Under the pieces are notes generated by a model. The model was given only the letters and a program-made list of their open reading frames with translations. It was not told the origin of the DNA and searched no databases. This document shows positions 9,149 to 18,372 of a DNA stretch of 32,000 nucleotides, piece by piece. The DNA is from Gemmata obscuriglobus (GTDB taxonomy: Bacteria > Planctomycetota > Planctomycetia > Gemmatales > Gemmataceae): assembly GCF_008065095.1 (NCBI RefSeq), contig NZ_CP042911.1, positions 2,970,001-3,002,000 of the forward strand, in the 5' to 3' direction. The position numbers were made by a program, and so were the translations under genes. Position 1 is the stretch's first letter. Each line of letters opens with the position of its first letter.

Positions 9149-12100
9149 TCAGAGTGGTGCGCCGTGCGAAGGGCATACGAAGTAGTAAGCGCAGTTCGGG
9201 CAGTCGTCACTTTCTTTGGGGTCGAACGCGCCGGTCGCCACCGCGCGCACCACGTCCTCGATCACCGTGAGCGACTTGGAGAGTTTCTTGGTCTCGACCT
9301 TGGACCGCTGGCGCTCGGTTGTGAGCAGCGACACGTGCTCGAAAACGATCTCCTGCCCGGGGTGAGCGTTCCCCACGGCTACCTGCCACAGGGTGTAGCG
9401 AAGTTTTTCCGTCTCTTTCTTGGCGAGCCGACTCGTTTTCAGTCTGCGGATGACGACCCCCGCGCTCGTCGCTTCGATGTGATCGGCGCGGCAGTTGACC
9501 ACGGCACCGGTCTCCGGGAGCGTGACGGTTCGGTCGACCGGAAGCGCTTGCCCGTCCATCACCGCCAACGCGTTCGCGATCATTTTGTCCGCGATGCCGC
9601 GGTAGAACGGCTCGAACGCGTGCCCCTGCGGGCCGTGCTCGCTCCAGTCGAGTTCGAACTGCGCGCGGATTCCCGCGCTGCGCTCGGCCGCTTGCGGGAC
9701 GCTCCGCAGCCAGGCGAGGCTCGCGTGCAGCGCCGACTGGAACTGCAAGTACGGACCTTCTTCGTCGCGGGCGTTGAGCGCCAGCGCGTGGTCGTAGTAG
9801 TAGCGGCGCGGGCACTCGTCGTACGTTTCGATCGCGTAGTACGACCACGCGCCCGTCACCGCGGCGGCCGCGAGCCGCGGGCGGCCCTTTGCCTGGTGGC
9901 CGAGGTTCTTCCACCCCGCCGCGGCGTCCACCGCCTTCGGGAGGTGAGCGGTAACATGTTCGAGAAACGACGACGGCCCCCGCTTAACCGCTCCGTTCGT
10001 CTCCGAGCGCGAGAGGTGCAGCACGTCCTTCGCGCGGGACATGCCGACGAAGAACAAGCTCTCCTCTTCAGCCGTTGCCGTCAAGAGGTCGTCTGCCGCG
10101 ATCATTCCGGCCGGCGGCGGGCACGGGTCGGACCGGTTCCCGAGCGGGAAAATCGTCTTCGCCAGCGACACGAGGTGGACGACGGGAAATTCGAGGCCCT
10201 TGCTCGCGTGCACCGTCATCAGGCGCACTGCGTCGATGTCGCCGGCCGCTGCGGGGAGCTGCCGGAGTTGCTTCTCCTCGTCGAGAATCGTGAGCCGGCG
10301 CACGTGATTGAGGAACGCGTGCTTGGGGTCCTCTTTCTCCGGCGGCTTGAACGCGAACGCGAACTGAAGCAGTTGGTACACGGCGAGCCGGCGCTGCTGG
10401 TCTTGAACCGTGTTACCCGCGAGGAGCAGGCGCACGTGCTCTCCAGAGCCGAACAGGTACTCGGTGAGAAACCGGTGCGGGGAAACCGTCCACGACCAGT
10501 GCCTCGTGTCGAAGACGAGGAGCTTGATTCCGGCGCGACCGACGTCCGTGAGGTCGCAGATTTCGTCCGCCCGCCGAAGCGCCGAGAGCATGGAGATTGC
10601 CTGCTCGCGGCGCCACTCGACTACCTTGATGATGTCCGCGGGAGGGACCGCGTACTGCGGCATTTGCGCGACCCGCAAAAGTCCCACCCCGCGCTTCTCG
10701 GAAACGACGGACAGGAGCGAGAGCAGGTCGCGCACCTCGGGCCGCTCGAAGAAGTCTCCGAAGTAGAGGCACGGCACGCCGGACCGTTCGAGGTGCCCGG
10801 CCAGTCGCGCGAGGGTTGTGTGCGAGCGGGCGAGGACGACCTGGTGGCGAAAGGGCACCCCGTCACTCTGGCGCTTCTTGATCGCCTGCGCAATTCCCTC
10901 GGCTTCCGCCTCTCTTGACACCGCCACGTCGTACAGAACGTTCCCGTTGGTTTCGCCCCGGTGGGCCGTCAACCCGGAATTGGGGGCGAGGGGCGCGGCA
11001 GTCATTTTCTGCCCGAACGCCTCGAATGCGCGCACGATCTTGCCGCCGGAGCGGTAGTTGACGGTGAGGTCGGTGACGGCGGCGCCGGGAAAATCTTGCT
11101 CGAACCGCGACATGTTGAGCGGCGACGCGCCGCGGAAGCGGTAGATCGCCTGGCGCACGTCGCCGACGACCCAAGGACCAGCTTTCGGGGTAACAATCTC
11201 CTTGAGAAAATGGGCACTGGCCCGGTTCATGTCCTGGTACTCGTCAACCAGGATGTGGCGGTACTGATCGCGAACCGCGTCCCGAACCTCCGGGTGTGCG
11301 CGGAGCAGTTCGACGGGGCGCGCCACCAGGTCGCCGAAATCGACGCGCCACTGCGAGCGGAGTTCGCGCTCGTAGACGCTGTACACGTTTGCGACCTCGA
11401 GTGCTTTTTCGGCCCTGGTGATCGCGTCGGGATCGCTCGCGGATGCGAGCATGGCGTGGGCCAACTCGCCGTACCGCTCGGGGGTGACGAGGTCGTCTTT
11501 GGCGCGCCCGATGGCGTTCAGAATGTCTTTGAGCGCCCGCGCGGGCTCGTACAAGTCGAGGTAGTGGTTCAGCGGCAGTTGGGGTAGCAGTTGTTCGAGG
11601 AACATCAGCGAGTCGGTGCGGTCGAGCAGCTTCGGCGGCCCCTCCATGCCGAGCACATGGCCGTGTTTGCGCAGAAGCTCCAGCCCGAACGCGTGGAACG
11701 TGCCGGACCACACCGCCGTCGCCTTGTCACCCACCGCCGCGCGAATGCGGGCGGCCAGATCCTTCGCCGAGAGATTGGAGTAGGTGAGTGCGAGGATCGA
11801 ACCCGCGGGAACGTTTCGGGCTCTGAGCAGGTGGACGACTCGGCCCACGAGCGTCCGCGTTTTTCCCGTCCCGGGGCCGGCCCGCACTTGGCGCGGGCCG
11901 TCGCCCGCCTCGATCGCTGTGCGCTGGCTCGCGTCCGGCTCGTCGGCGTCGCTCGCCCGCGTCTCTTCGGCGCCGCCGTGCTCTTCAGGTAGCAGCGCCA
12001 CGTCGGTCATCTGGTGCAGCACCAGGTCGACGGGGACGCCGAGTTCCGTCGCGAGCGCGCCCGCGTCGAATTGTCCGTGTTCGCACCGACGGCGGAGCTT

Positions 12101-12532
12101 CTCGCGGGGAACGAGAAACTCGCGGGCGAACACGTTCGCCTGGGCCTCGGACCGCTCTTTGGGGCTGTACGAGTCGGCGTCGCCGACGACCGAAGGGGCG
12201 GGCTCCGCCGCGGTCAGCATGTCGAGATCGTTGCAGTCACAGCGCGCGACTACCGCCCCGAGCCAGTGGTGCCCGTACTCGTGGGCGACGTAGAATCGCG
12301 CCAGCGGCTCGGCGTGTTCGCGCGAGTAGTAAATCTTCTTCTTCTCGCTGTGGTAACACGCTTCGCCGCCGTCGAGCAGCGCGTCGCCCTTGGGTCGCGA
12401 GTGCCGGGTTACGCCGGTCGCTCGTTCGGCAGCGTCGAGCAAGGCCGCGGCGGGAACCAATTCGTCGGTGGTTCCGAACAGGTCGGCATGCCGTGCGGCG
12501 GCGAGGCGCCGAACTTCATTCCACGCGCTCAT
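9149..12532 (-). CDS. Fusion protein: ImmA/IrrE-type (M78) metalloprotease + UvrD/PcrA-like SF1 helicase + Cas4/AddB-like PD-(D/E)XK domain with a Fe-S cysteine signature (1127 aa)
   Basis: N-terminus: HEYGHHW (HExxH) and EAQANVFAREFLVP. Helicase: AGPGTGKT, ILVDEYQDMN, VGDVRQAIYRFRGA, VNYRSG, TVHASKGLEFPVV, ESLFFVGMSRAKD. C-terminus: ECPRRYYYD plus CPNCAYYFVC (C-x2-C-x5-C). The ATG overlaps the upstream stop as ATGA. Confidence 0.9.
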   Translation of the reverse strand: MSAWNEVRRLAAARHADLFGTTDELVPAAALLDAAERATGVTRHSRPKGDALLDGGEACYHSEKKKIYYSREHAEPLARFYVAHEYGHHWLGAVVARCDCNDLDMLTAAEPAPSVVGDADSYSPKERSEAQANVFAREFLVPREKLRRRCEHGQFDAGALATELGVPVDLVLHQMTDVALLPEEHGGAEETRASDADEPDASQRTAIEAGDGPRQVRAGPGTGKTRTLVGRVVHLLRARNVPAGSILALTYSNLSAKDLAARIRAAVGDKATAVWSGTFHAFGLELLRKHGHVLGMEGPPKLLDRTDSLMFLEQLLPQLPLNHYLDLYEPARALKDILNAIGRAKDDLVTPERYGELAHAMLASASDPDAITRAEKALEVANVYSVYERELRSQWRVDFGDLVARPVELLRAHPEVRDAVRDQYRHILVDEYQDMNRASAHFLKEIVTPKAGPWVVGDVRQAIYRFRGASPLNMSRFEQDFPGAAVTDLTVNYRSGGKIVRAFEAFGQKMTAAPLAPNSGLTAHRGETNGNVLYDVAVSREAEAEGIAQAIKKRQSDGVPFRHQVVLARSHTTLARLAGHLERSGVPCLYFGDFFERPEVRDLLSLLSVVSEKRGVGLLRVAQMPQYAVPPADIIKVVEWRREQAISMLSALRRADEICDLTDVGRAGIKLLVFDTRHWSWTVSPHRFLTEYLFGSGEHVRLLLAGNTVQDQQRRLAVYQLLQFAFAFKPPEKEDPKHAFLNHVRRLTILDEEKQLRQLPAAAGDIDAVRLMTVHASKGLEFPVVHLVSLAKTIFPLGNRSDPCPPPAGMIAADDLLTATAEEESLFFVGMSRAKDVLHLSRSETNGAVKRGPSSFLEHVTAHLPKAVDAAAGWKNLGHQAKGRPRLAAAAVTGAWSYYAIETYDECPRRYYYDHALALNARDEEGPYLQFQSALHASLAWLRSVPQAAERSAGIRAQFELDWSEHGPQGHAFEPFYRGIADKMIANALAVMDGQALPVDRTVTLPETGAVVNCRADHIEATSAGVVIRRLKTSRLAKKETEKLRYTLWQVAVGNAHPGQEIVFEHVSLLTTERQRSKVETKKLSKSLTVIEDVVRAVATGAFDPKESDDCPNCAYYFVCPSHGAPL

Positions 12533-13158
12533 CGATTCCCTCCCGTTATTTGCTCTTGGTTCACGATCTCAACCCACCGGGCCTTCAAGTCCTCTGGCAG
12601 GTCGGAGGAATCGACGGCGGCGAGAAAGTCTTCGGTCGGAACGGTCGGCTTGTTTTTGGCCTTATTCGCGACCGCGCCGATGGGCTCGCCGGTGAACATG
12701 GCCCGAACCGCGTCGATGGTGAAGTCGAGCGCTGCTGCTGCCAACTCATGCAGTTTCTGCGGAATACCGGAGGGGATTCGCCGTAAATCGAGCTTGTCGA
12801 CGAGCGATTCGTCGAGGTCGCACTTCTTCGCGAACTCTCGGTCGGTGAGGCCGCGCGATTTGATCGCTTGGCTCAGTCTGCTCGGGGCCGCCGCCGGTAG
12901 AGTGGCAGCGGCCGGTTGGCCCGCGAGAAAGTCGAGCGCCTTACTCAGCATGCGATCGCCGGCTCGAGCCTCGTCCACAGTCACTTGTTCTCTGGACGTT
13001 TCTTGCAGAGCCCACGTCGCGAAGAAGCGACTGAGCGCTTCGCGGTGTTTCGGATACTGGGCGGTCCAGCGCACGAGGGCCTCGTGAGTTGGCTTCTCTT
13101 CCTCAAGCATAATTTCGTCGACAACGTCTTCGAATGTGTGGGGGGAGTGGGTGCTCAT
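12529..13158 (-). CDS. XRE-like HTH protein (ImmR-like partner candidate), 209 aa from the coupled ATG
   Basis: HTH-like segment LSQAIKSRGLTDREFAKKCDLDESLVDKL. The ATG at 13158 overlaps the sigma gene stop as ATGA, and its own stop overlaps the protease-helicase ATG as ATGA. Confidence 0.65.
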   Translation of the reverse strand: MSTHSPHTFEDVVDEIMLEEEKPTHEALVRWTAQYPKHREALSRFFATWALQETSREQVTVDEARAGDRMLSKALDFLAGQPAAATLPAAAPSRLSQAIKSRGLTDREFAKKCDLDESLVDKLDLRRIPSGIPQKLHELAAAALDFTIDAVRAMFTGEPIGAVANKAKNKPTVPTEDFLAAVDSSDLPEDLKARWVEIVNQEQITGGNR

Positions 13159-13925
13159 AAATTTTCTCCTATCCTCGCTCGCACCTGGCTCATCGCAGTG
13201 CGTAGCCAGGTGTTGATTTGGCGCTCCTTGACATCGAAGTGTCGGCACAGCGTGGCAACGTTCGGATCACTCGGGTCGATCGGCCAGTTGTACCCGTATC
13301 GAAGGACGAACGCCTCGCGATGTCGCGGGTCAGTGATGGCGTCGAGGCCCTCGAACAAGATCATCAAATCGTCGGGCGGGAGTGCTGGATCGGCGACGAC
13401 TACCCCCACGTCTTCTTCTGTTACTGTGTCTGCGATTCGAACTTCAGAGTACTCGTTGGCGCGCGCGAAGTGCGCCTCGACCGCGTTGAGCGCGAGGCCA
13501 CGGGCGACTTTGCGAAACGACACTTCGAGGAATTCGCCCTTACGGGTCGGTGCAGATTCAAAGACCAAGCTGACGATTCGACCCTGAATGCTGTCGATGA
13601 GGTCGTCCCGCGCCTGGTTCCCGACACCACGCGAATTGTCACTGACAATTCGAGCAACGCGCCGGCCCAGTTCCCGTACCAATGCGCTAAACTCCGGCAT
13701 AGTTCGGGAATTTTCCCGCCACTTCCGGAGAAGGTGCACAATGGTTTCACTTCGAAAATGAGGAATGTCCCACACGGGCGGGTCCACCCCGTGCGCTTGG
13801 CGAATCTGCTCACGCACCTCCGACTTGCGCACGTAACGCCTACCGTCCCGCGTTCCGAGCGTCAGCGCGGCGGGACAATTTGGATCGTGATTCGCCGTCG
13901 TGGCGTGGGTCGTTGATTCGCTCAT
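13155..13925 (-). CDS. Sigma-70/ECF-like transcription factor (256 aa)
   Basis: Region-4-like segment LFEGLDAITDPRHREAFVLRYGYNWPI...ATLCRHFDVKERQINTWLRTAMSQVRARI. Region-2-like segment ALVRELGRRVARIV...DDLIDSIQGRIVSLVF. First gene of the three-gene operon. Confidence 0.55.
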   Translation of the reverse strand: MSESTTHATTANHDPNCPAALTLGTRDGRRYVRKSEVREQIRQAHGVDPPVWDIPHFRSETIVHLLRKWRENSRTMPEFSALVRELGRRVARIVSDNSRGVGNQARDDLIDSIQGRIVSLVFESAPTRKGEFLEVSFRKVARGLALNAVEAHFARANEYSEVRIADTVTEEDVGVVVADPALPPDDLMILFEGLDAITDPRHREAFVLRYGYNWPIDPSDPNVATLCRHFDVKERQINTWLRTAMSQVRARIGENL

Positions 13926-14027
13926 ACCCCTCTCGAACCGGGTTGTCTGCGAAACCGGCAGTCAATTCGCAAAGATTTTTTTCACCCCCGTGCCGGCTGG
14001 TCCGGCGAGCCGAGCCACGATAACGCT

Positions 14028-14035
14028 CAAATTTA
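14028..14035. repeat. Left target-site duplication of the IS1595-family element (CAAATTTA)
   Basis: Identical 8-mer at 14867-14874, immediately outside the terminal inverted repeats. Confidence 0.9.
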
Positions 14036-14866
14036 GGTGATTAGCAAAATTCTAGGGCAGCAAGTAGTCTGTTCCTATGACCCTCGAAGAGTATGAGCGG
14101 CACTTGGTCGGGCAACTCTGTTGGCGGTGCCACCAGGCCACACACCAGAATTCGGCCCGGCAGCGGCAGTGCCCCAGTTGCCGGGCCAAGTGGAGCTATC
14201 ACCGGCGCAAGACGGAGTGGGAGCTGCTCCGGGCGTTCGCCTTGAGTACCACGGCCCACCACGCGGCTCGGGTGGTCCGGTGCAGCTACCCAACGGCCTA
14301 CGCCGCGTACACGCGGTTCCGCCTCACCCTCCAGGCCATGACCGACGAGGAGAAGCGCCCGCTGCTCGGGGCACTGGAACGGGACGAGTCGTACTTCGGG
14401 GGCAAGCGGAAAGGCAAGCGGGGCCGCGGGGCGGGCGGGAAAGTGCCCGTGTTCGGCATCCTGGAGCGGGCCGGGCGGGTGTACACGGTGGCCGTCCCGA
14501 ACTGTAGCAAGGAGACCCTGATGGCCAAGATCCAGGCCGCAACGGTCAAGGGGAGCGTGTTCTACACGGACGAGTTCGCCAGCTACAACGACGTCCAGAG
14601 CCACGGCAAGCACGTCCCGATCAACCACCAGGAAACATTCGGGGTGGGGGCCGCGCACATCAACGGGATCGAGGGGTTCTGGAGCTACGCGAAGCGGCTG
14701 TACCGGCACGTCCACGGGGTCGAGCCGGGGAACTTCCCGCTGTACCTGGCTGAGTATGAATTCCGGTACAACCACCGCGGCGAGCACCTGATGACCCTCC
14801 TGTATAACCGCCTAATCCGGGCCGCCGCCCCAACCCAAACCCAGCCCTAGAATTTTGCTAATCACC
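14036..14866 (+). mobile_element. IS1595-family insertion sequence (831 bp), apparently intact
   Basis: Perfect 23-bp terminal inverted repeats GGTGATTAGCAAAATTCTAGGGC (14036-14058; reverse complement at 14844-14866), 8-bp direct repeats, and a single transposase ORF. Confidence 0.92.
14077..14850 (+). CDS. IS1595-family (ISXO2-like) DDE transposase with an N-terminal Zn-ribbon
   Basis: CWRCHQ...CPSCRA Zn-ribbon. DESYFGGKRKGKRGRGAGGKVPVFGILER, FYTDEFASYN, INGIEGFWSYAKRL and EYEFRYNHR are typical of this family. Confidence 0.9.
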   Translation: MTLEEYERHLVGQLCWRCHQATHQNSARQRQCPSCRAKWSYHRRKTEWELLRAFALSTTAHHAARVVRCSYPTAYAAYTRFRLTLQAMTDEEKRPLLGALERDESYFGGKRKGKRGRGAGGKVPVFGILERAGRVYTVAVPNCSKETLMAKIQAATVKGSVFYTDEFASYNDVQSHGKHVPINHQETFGVGAAHINGIEGFWSYAKRLYRHVHGVEPGNFPLYLAEYEFRYNHRGEHLMTLLYNRLIRAAAPTQTQP

Positions 14867-14874
14867 CAAATTTA
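14867..14874. repeat. Right target-site duplication of the IS1595-family element (CAAATTTA)
   Basis: Matches 14028-14035. Confidence 0.9.
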
Positions 14875-15241
14875 ATCCTCTCAACCAGTTGCGGCCGCTA
14901 GTTACGGCATCGTTGTAATTCTCAAGCGTGAAATCAGGGCCAAGAATATCGCGGCTCGTTGACCGGTTACCCGGCACGTAAGGTGAATCTTCTACCGATC
15001 GGCTACCGCAGATGGTTTTCGGTGGCTTTACCGCTTCGGCTGATTCCGAGCAGTCCAGCACACGTTAGCGGAGCTAAGGGGAGATGTCTGTTGATCGAAC
15101 TGCTAGGAGTGCCCGAAAAGCGAAGCGGCCTGTCAGATTAGGTGAACTTGCCACCAGTTGATGAAGTGAGAGGGAGCGATTGGCGTCTGAAGCGGCATGG
15201 GCAACCGGTTTCTAAATCAGTGAGGTCAAGCCCTGTGAAGA

Positions 15242-17932
15242 ATGATTGCTTTGGATAGGGATGTGCTCCGGGTGATGGTGGTACGCAGCAGCAAGGGAGC
15301 GAAACAGTATTACAGCGCGGGAGATTACTACAGCGCAGGCCAAGAGCTGCCCGGCGAGTGGGGCGGAATCGGGGCCGCGCACCTTGGACTCACGGGCACC
15401 GTCGAGCGTGGTGAATTTGCTCGCATGTGCGACAACTTCCATCCACGCACCGGTCAGCGGTTTACTCTGCGAACCAATGTTTCGCGCCGCGTCGCCTTCG
15501 ATCTGAACTGGCACGTCCCCAAAAGCCTCTCGGTGCTGTTCGGTCTCACTCAATCGGCCGAGTTACTCGCAGCATTCCGGCAGGCGGTCGAAGAAACGAT
15601 GCGAGAGCTTGAGCTTCGTGCCCAGACCCGGGTTCGGATCAAAGGCGCGAACCAAGTGCGCACCACCGGGAACCTGACCTGGGCGAGTTACGTGCACACG
15701 ACCGCACGACCGGTCGGCGGAGTTCCCGACCCGCATCTGCACTGCCATGCCGTCGTCTTCAACGCCACTTTCGATCCGATCGAGGGGCGCTGGAAGGCAC
15801 TCGACCTGTGCCAGGTCAAACGGGCCGCGCCGTACTTCGAGGCGACCTTCCACGCCCGTCTCGCGGCAAAATTGCGACACCTCGGTTACGACACGGTCCG
15901 CACCAGTAAGGGCTGGGAACTTGCGGGCGTTCCGCGTCGCGTGCTCGAAGAGTTTTCACGCCGAACGAAGCTGATCGAGCGGGTAGCCGAAGAGCAGGAG
16001 ATCACCAACGCTCACGCCAAGGACGCGATCGGAGCTCTGACCCGCGAGCGCAAAAGCACCGCGCTTTCGCTTTCGAAGTTGCGTGCGCGCTGGCGCGCTC
16101 GCATCACCGGCGACGAACTGCGGGCCCTCGAACTGGTCGCTGCCAAAGCCCTCGACCGTCCCCCTCGAAATCTCAACGCGGTCCGAGACGCTCTGCACTA
16201 TGCCGTCGAGCACTGCTTCGAACGCGAGTCGGCCGTGTCGGTCGACCGGTTGCTCGCGGTTGCACTCCGTCGCGGCGTGGGCGAGGTCGCGGTTAATGAG
16301 ATCCGCGCGGCGTTTAAGGGTCTGGGGCTTCTCGTGCAGGAGCGAGACGGCGTGGAATACGCGACCGCGCGTGAGGTGCTCGCTGAAGAAATCCGCATGC
16401 TGGCATTCGCCCGAGACGGGCGCGGCATATGTGCCCGCTTGGTTCCGAACCATTCGCCAATCGCGCGCGAGTGGTTATCGAATGAGCAAAAAGCGGCCGT
16501 GGCCCATGTGCTCGGATCACATGACCGGGTGACGCTGTTACGCGGTGCGGCCGGCGTCGGGAAAACGGCCCTCATGATTGAGGCCGTCGAAGCGATCGAA
16601 AAATCCGGGACACGAGTTATTCCCTTGGCACCATCAGCCGCAGCGAGTCGCGGCGTCCTTCGCGCCGAAGGCTTTTCCTCGGCCGACACGGTGGCGCGGT
16701 TTCTCGTCGACGCCGAATTCCAGGAACGTGCCCGTGGGCACGTTATCTGGGTTGATGAGGCGGGACTTCTGGGCACTGTGGCGCTTGCCGCTCTGTTTGA
16801 TACTGCTGGGCGACTCGACGCGCGGGTGGTATTGGTCGGTGATACCCGCCAGCACTCTGGCGTCGCTCGTGGGACCGCACTTAAGCTCCTCGAGTGTGAG
16901 GCCGGACTAGCCCCGTTCGCGGTTACCGGTATTCGCCGCCAGCACGGTCGATACCGTGAAGCGGTCGGGTTGCTGAGCGAGGGACGGGCCGTCGACGCGC
17001 TCGACGTCCTCGACAGACTCGGATGGGTGCGCGAGTGTGATCACGAGGCTGGCGCGCAGTTGATCGCGGCTGAATATCTACTCGCACATCGTGAGGGAAA
17101 ATCCGTTCTGGTGGTGTCACCGACGCATGCCGAGGGTGAGCGCGTCACCCGAACGATCCGCACCGAGCTCCTATCCGCACAGGTGCTGAGCGGGGAGCCG
17201 CGATTCTTTCCGCAGTTGGTTGCAGCAAATTTCACGATCGCAGAGCGGAGCGACGCAGCGAACTACGAGCCCGGAATGGTGCTCCAGTTTTTCCGTCATG
17301 CCCCGGGATTTCGAAGCGCGTCTCGGTGGGTGGTCGTATCGGCCGCACCCAATGTCTTGCGGGTTCAGGATGCCAGCGGCGATGACGCTCTGCTTCCGCT
17401 TCACTTCGCTAACCGGTTTCAGGTTTTCGAGTCGCGCGAACTCGAACTCCGGATCGGGGACCGTGTGCGTTTGACCAGCAACGAGAGAACCCGCGACGGA
17501 CACCGGCTCGACAACGGGGCTCACGGTGTGGTGAAGCGGTTCACCTCCAACGGGGATATTCAGCTCGAGTCGGGGGCTGTGGTGCCGTACGACGTTGGGC
17601 ACGTGGCGCACGGCTACTGCGTCACTTCGCACGCGTCACAGGGTAGAACCGTCGATCAGGTGCTCGTCTCCCAAAGCGCCGAGTCGTTTGCCGCATCCTC
17701 CGTCGAGCAGTTGTACGTGTCCGTGTCACGCGGCCGCGAGCGCGTGCTGCTCATCACCGACGATAAGGCCGGGCTGCGACTGGCCGCCGAACGCTCGGAC
17801 CCGCGGCCGGCGGCGACCGAAATATTTGCCCCCTCGGCGCTCTGGCGCTCGTGGGCCCAGAGGCGCATCGTACGGGAGCCACAACCGAATAAACGAGCGC
17901 GAGGGGTGGCGGAGGTTTTAGTCGGGCGATGA
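15242..17932 (+). CDS. MobF/TrwC-type conjugative relaxase fused to a RecD/TraA-like SF1 helicase (896 aa; possible later start at 15275)
   Basis: N-terminus AKQYYSAGDYYSAGQELPGEWGGIGAAHLGLTG (catalytic Tyr pairs) and His triad DPHLHCHAVVFN. Helicase part LLRGAAGVGKT, VIWVDEAGLL, GYCVTSHASQGRTVDQVLV. Confidence 0.92.
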   Translation: MIALDRDVLRVMVVRSSKGAKQYYSAGDYYSAGQELPGEWGGIGAAHLGLTGTVERGEFARMCDNFHPRTGQRFTLRTNVSRRVAFDLNWHVPKSLSVLFGLTQSAELLAAFRQAVEETMRELELRAQTRVRIKGANQVRTTGNLTWASYVHTTARPVGGVPDPHLHCHAVVFNATFDPIEGRWKALDLCQVKRAAPYFEATFHARLAAKLRHLGYDTVRTSKGWELAGVPRRVLEEFSRRTKLIERVAEEQEITNAHAKDAIGALTRERKSTALSLSKLRARWRARITGDELRALELVAAKALDRPPRNLNAVRDALHYAVEHCFERESAVSVDRLLAVALRRGVGEVAVNEIRAAFKGLGLLVQERDGVEYATAREVLAEEIRMLAFARDGRGICARLVPNHSPIAREWLSNEQKAAVAHVLGSHDRVTLLRGAAGVGKTALMIEAVEAIEKSGTRVIPLAPSAAASRGVLRAEGFSSADTVARFLVDAEFQERARGHVIWVDEAGLLGTVALAALFDTAGRLDARVVLVGDTRQHSGVARGTALKLLECEAGLAPFAVTGIRRQHGRYREAVGLLSEGRAVDALDVLDRLGWVRECDHEAGAQLIAAEYLLAHREGKSVLVVSPTHAEGERVTRTIRTELLSAQVLSGEPRFFPQLVAANFTIAERSDAANYEPGMVLQFFRHAPGFRSASRWVVVSAAPNVLRVQDASGDDALLPLHFANRFQVFESRELELRIGDRVRLTSNERTRDGHRLDNGAHGVVKRFTSNGDIQLESGAVVPYDVGHVAHGYCVTSHASQGRTVDQVLVSQSAESFAASSVEQLYVSVSRGRERVLLITDDKAGLRLAAERSDPRPAATEIFAPSALWRSWAQRRIVREPQPNKRARGVAEVLVGR

Positions 17933-18345
17933 GCGGCACGGGGGACGAAAAGTGGGCGAGCATTCCGCGTCTCGAGTCGCTGCTCGACGAGAAGGTGGTC
18001 GAGCAGCCGGCAAACACCGACTATCGAGCCTTCGGAATCGCTGGCGACGAATTTATGCGCCATGTGGCGATGCTCGAGGTGCGTCTCCGCACCGGCAACG
18101 GGCACCTCTTCGCGTACCACCTACTCGGCCGGGTGGACCGGAACCTGTCGCACGGAATCGAGCTCATTTTCGGAGACGCGGTGGTGACGCTCACCGGGCG
18201 GAACCTGTCCACGTTATACACCGCGCTCCGCGACCAGAAGGTGTCGTGGGTGCAGGAGGCCGACGAGAGAATTGCCCGGCTGGTGCCGAGCGGGGCGCCG
18301 CTCGTCGAGTCGGTGGTGGTCGAGTTAAACGTGCGCGGACGATAA
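17929..18345 (+). CDS. Hypothetical protein coupled to the relaxase (138 aa)
   Basis: The ATG overlaps the relaxase stop as ATGA. Balanced, protein-like composition, with no family recognised. Confidence 0.6.
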   Translation: MSGTGDEKWASIPRLESLLDEKVVEQPANTDYRAFGIAGDEFMRHVAMLEVRLRTGNGHLFAYHLLGRVDRNLSHGIELIFGDAVVTLTGRNLSTLYTALRDQKVSWVQEADERIARLVPSGAPLVESVVVELNVRGR

Positions 18346-18372
18346 GGGCCGGGCACAGGTAGGTGAGGGGAT

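Noticed and set aside
8941-9210. N-terminal 90-codon extension of the multiubiquitin ORF
   Set aside because: The extension covers the strong terminator of the upstream operon and overlaps the helicase-nuclease gene end. ATG 8940 has a GGAG RBS, and the beta-grasp repeats start just after it.
8903-10918. 671-aa + strand ORF
   Set aside because: It is antisense to the UvrD-type helicase, whose canonical motifs are all on the minus strand. The translated sequence is Arg-rich and low-complexity.
12014-13916. + strand ORFs 12014-13087 and 13218-13916
   Set aside because: They are antisense to the HTH and sigma-like genes. They show no motifs, have biased composition and lack sensible start contexts.
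14041-14787. 248-aa minus-strand ORF inside the IS1595 element
   Set aside because: It is a shadow of the transposase gene. The + strand product has unmistakable IS1595 motifs.
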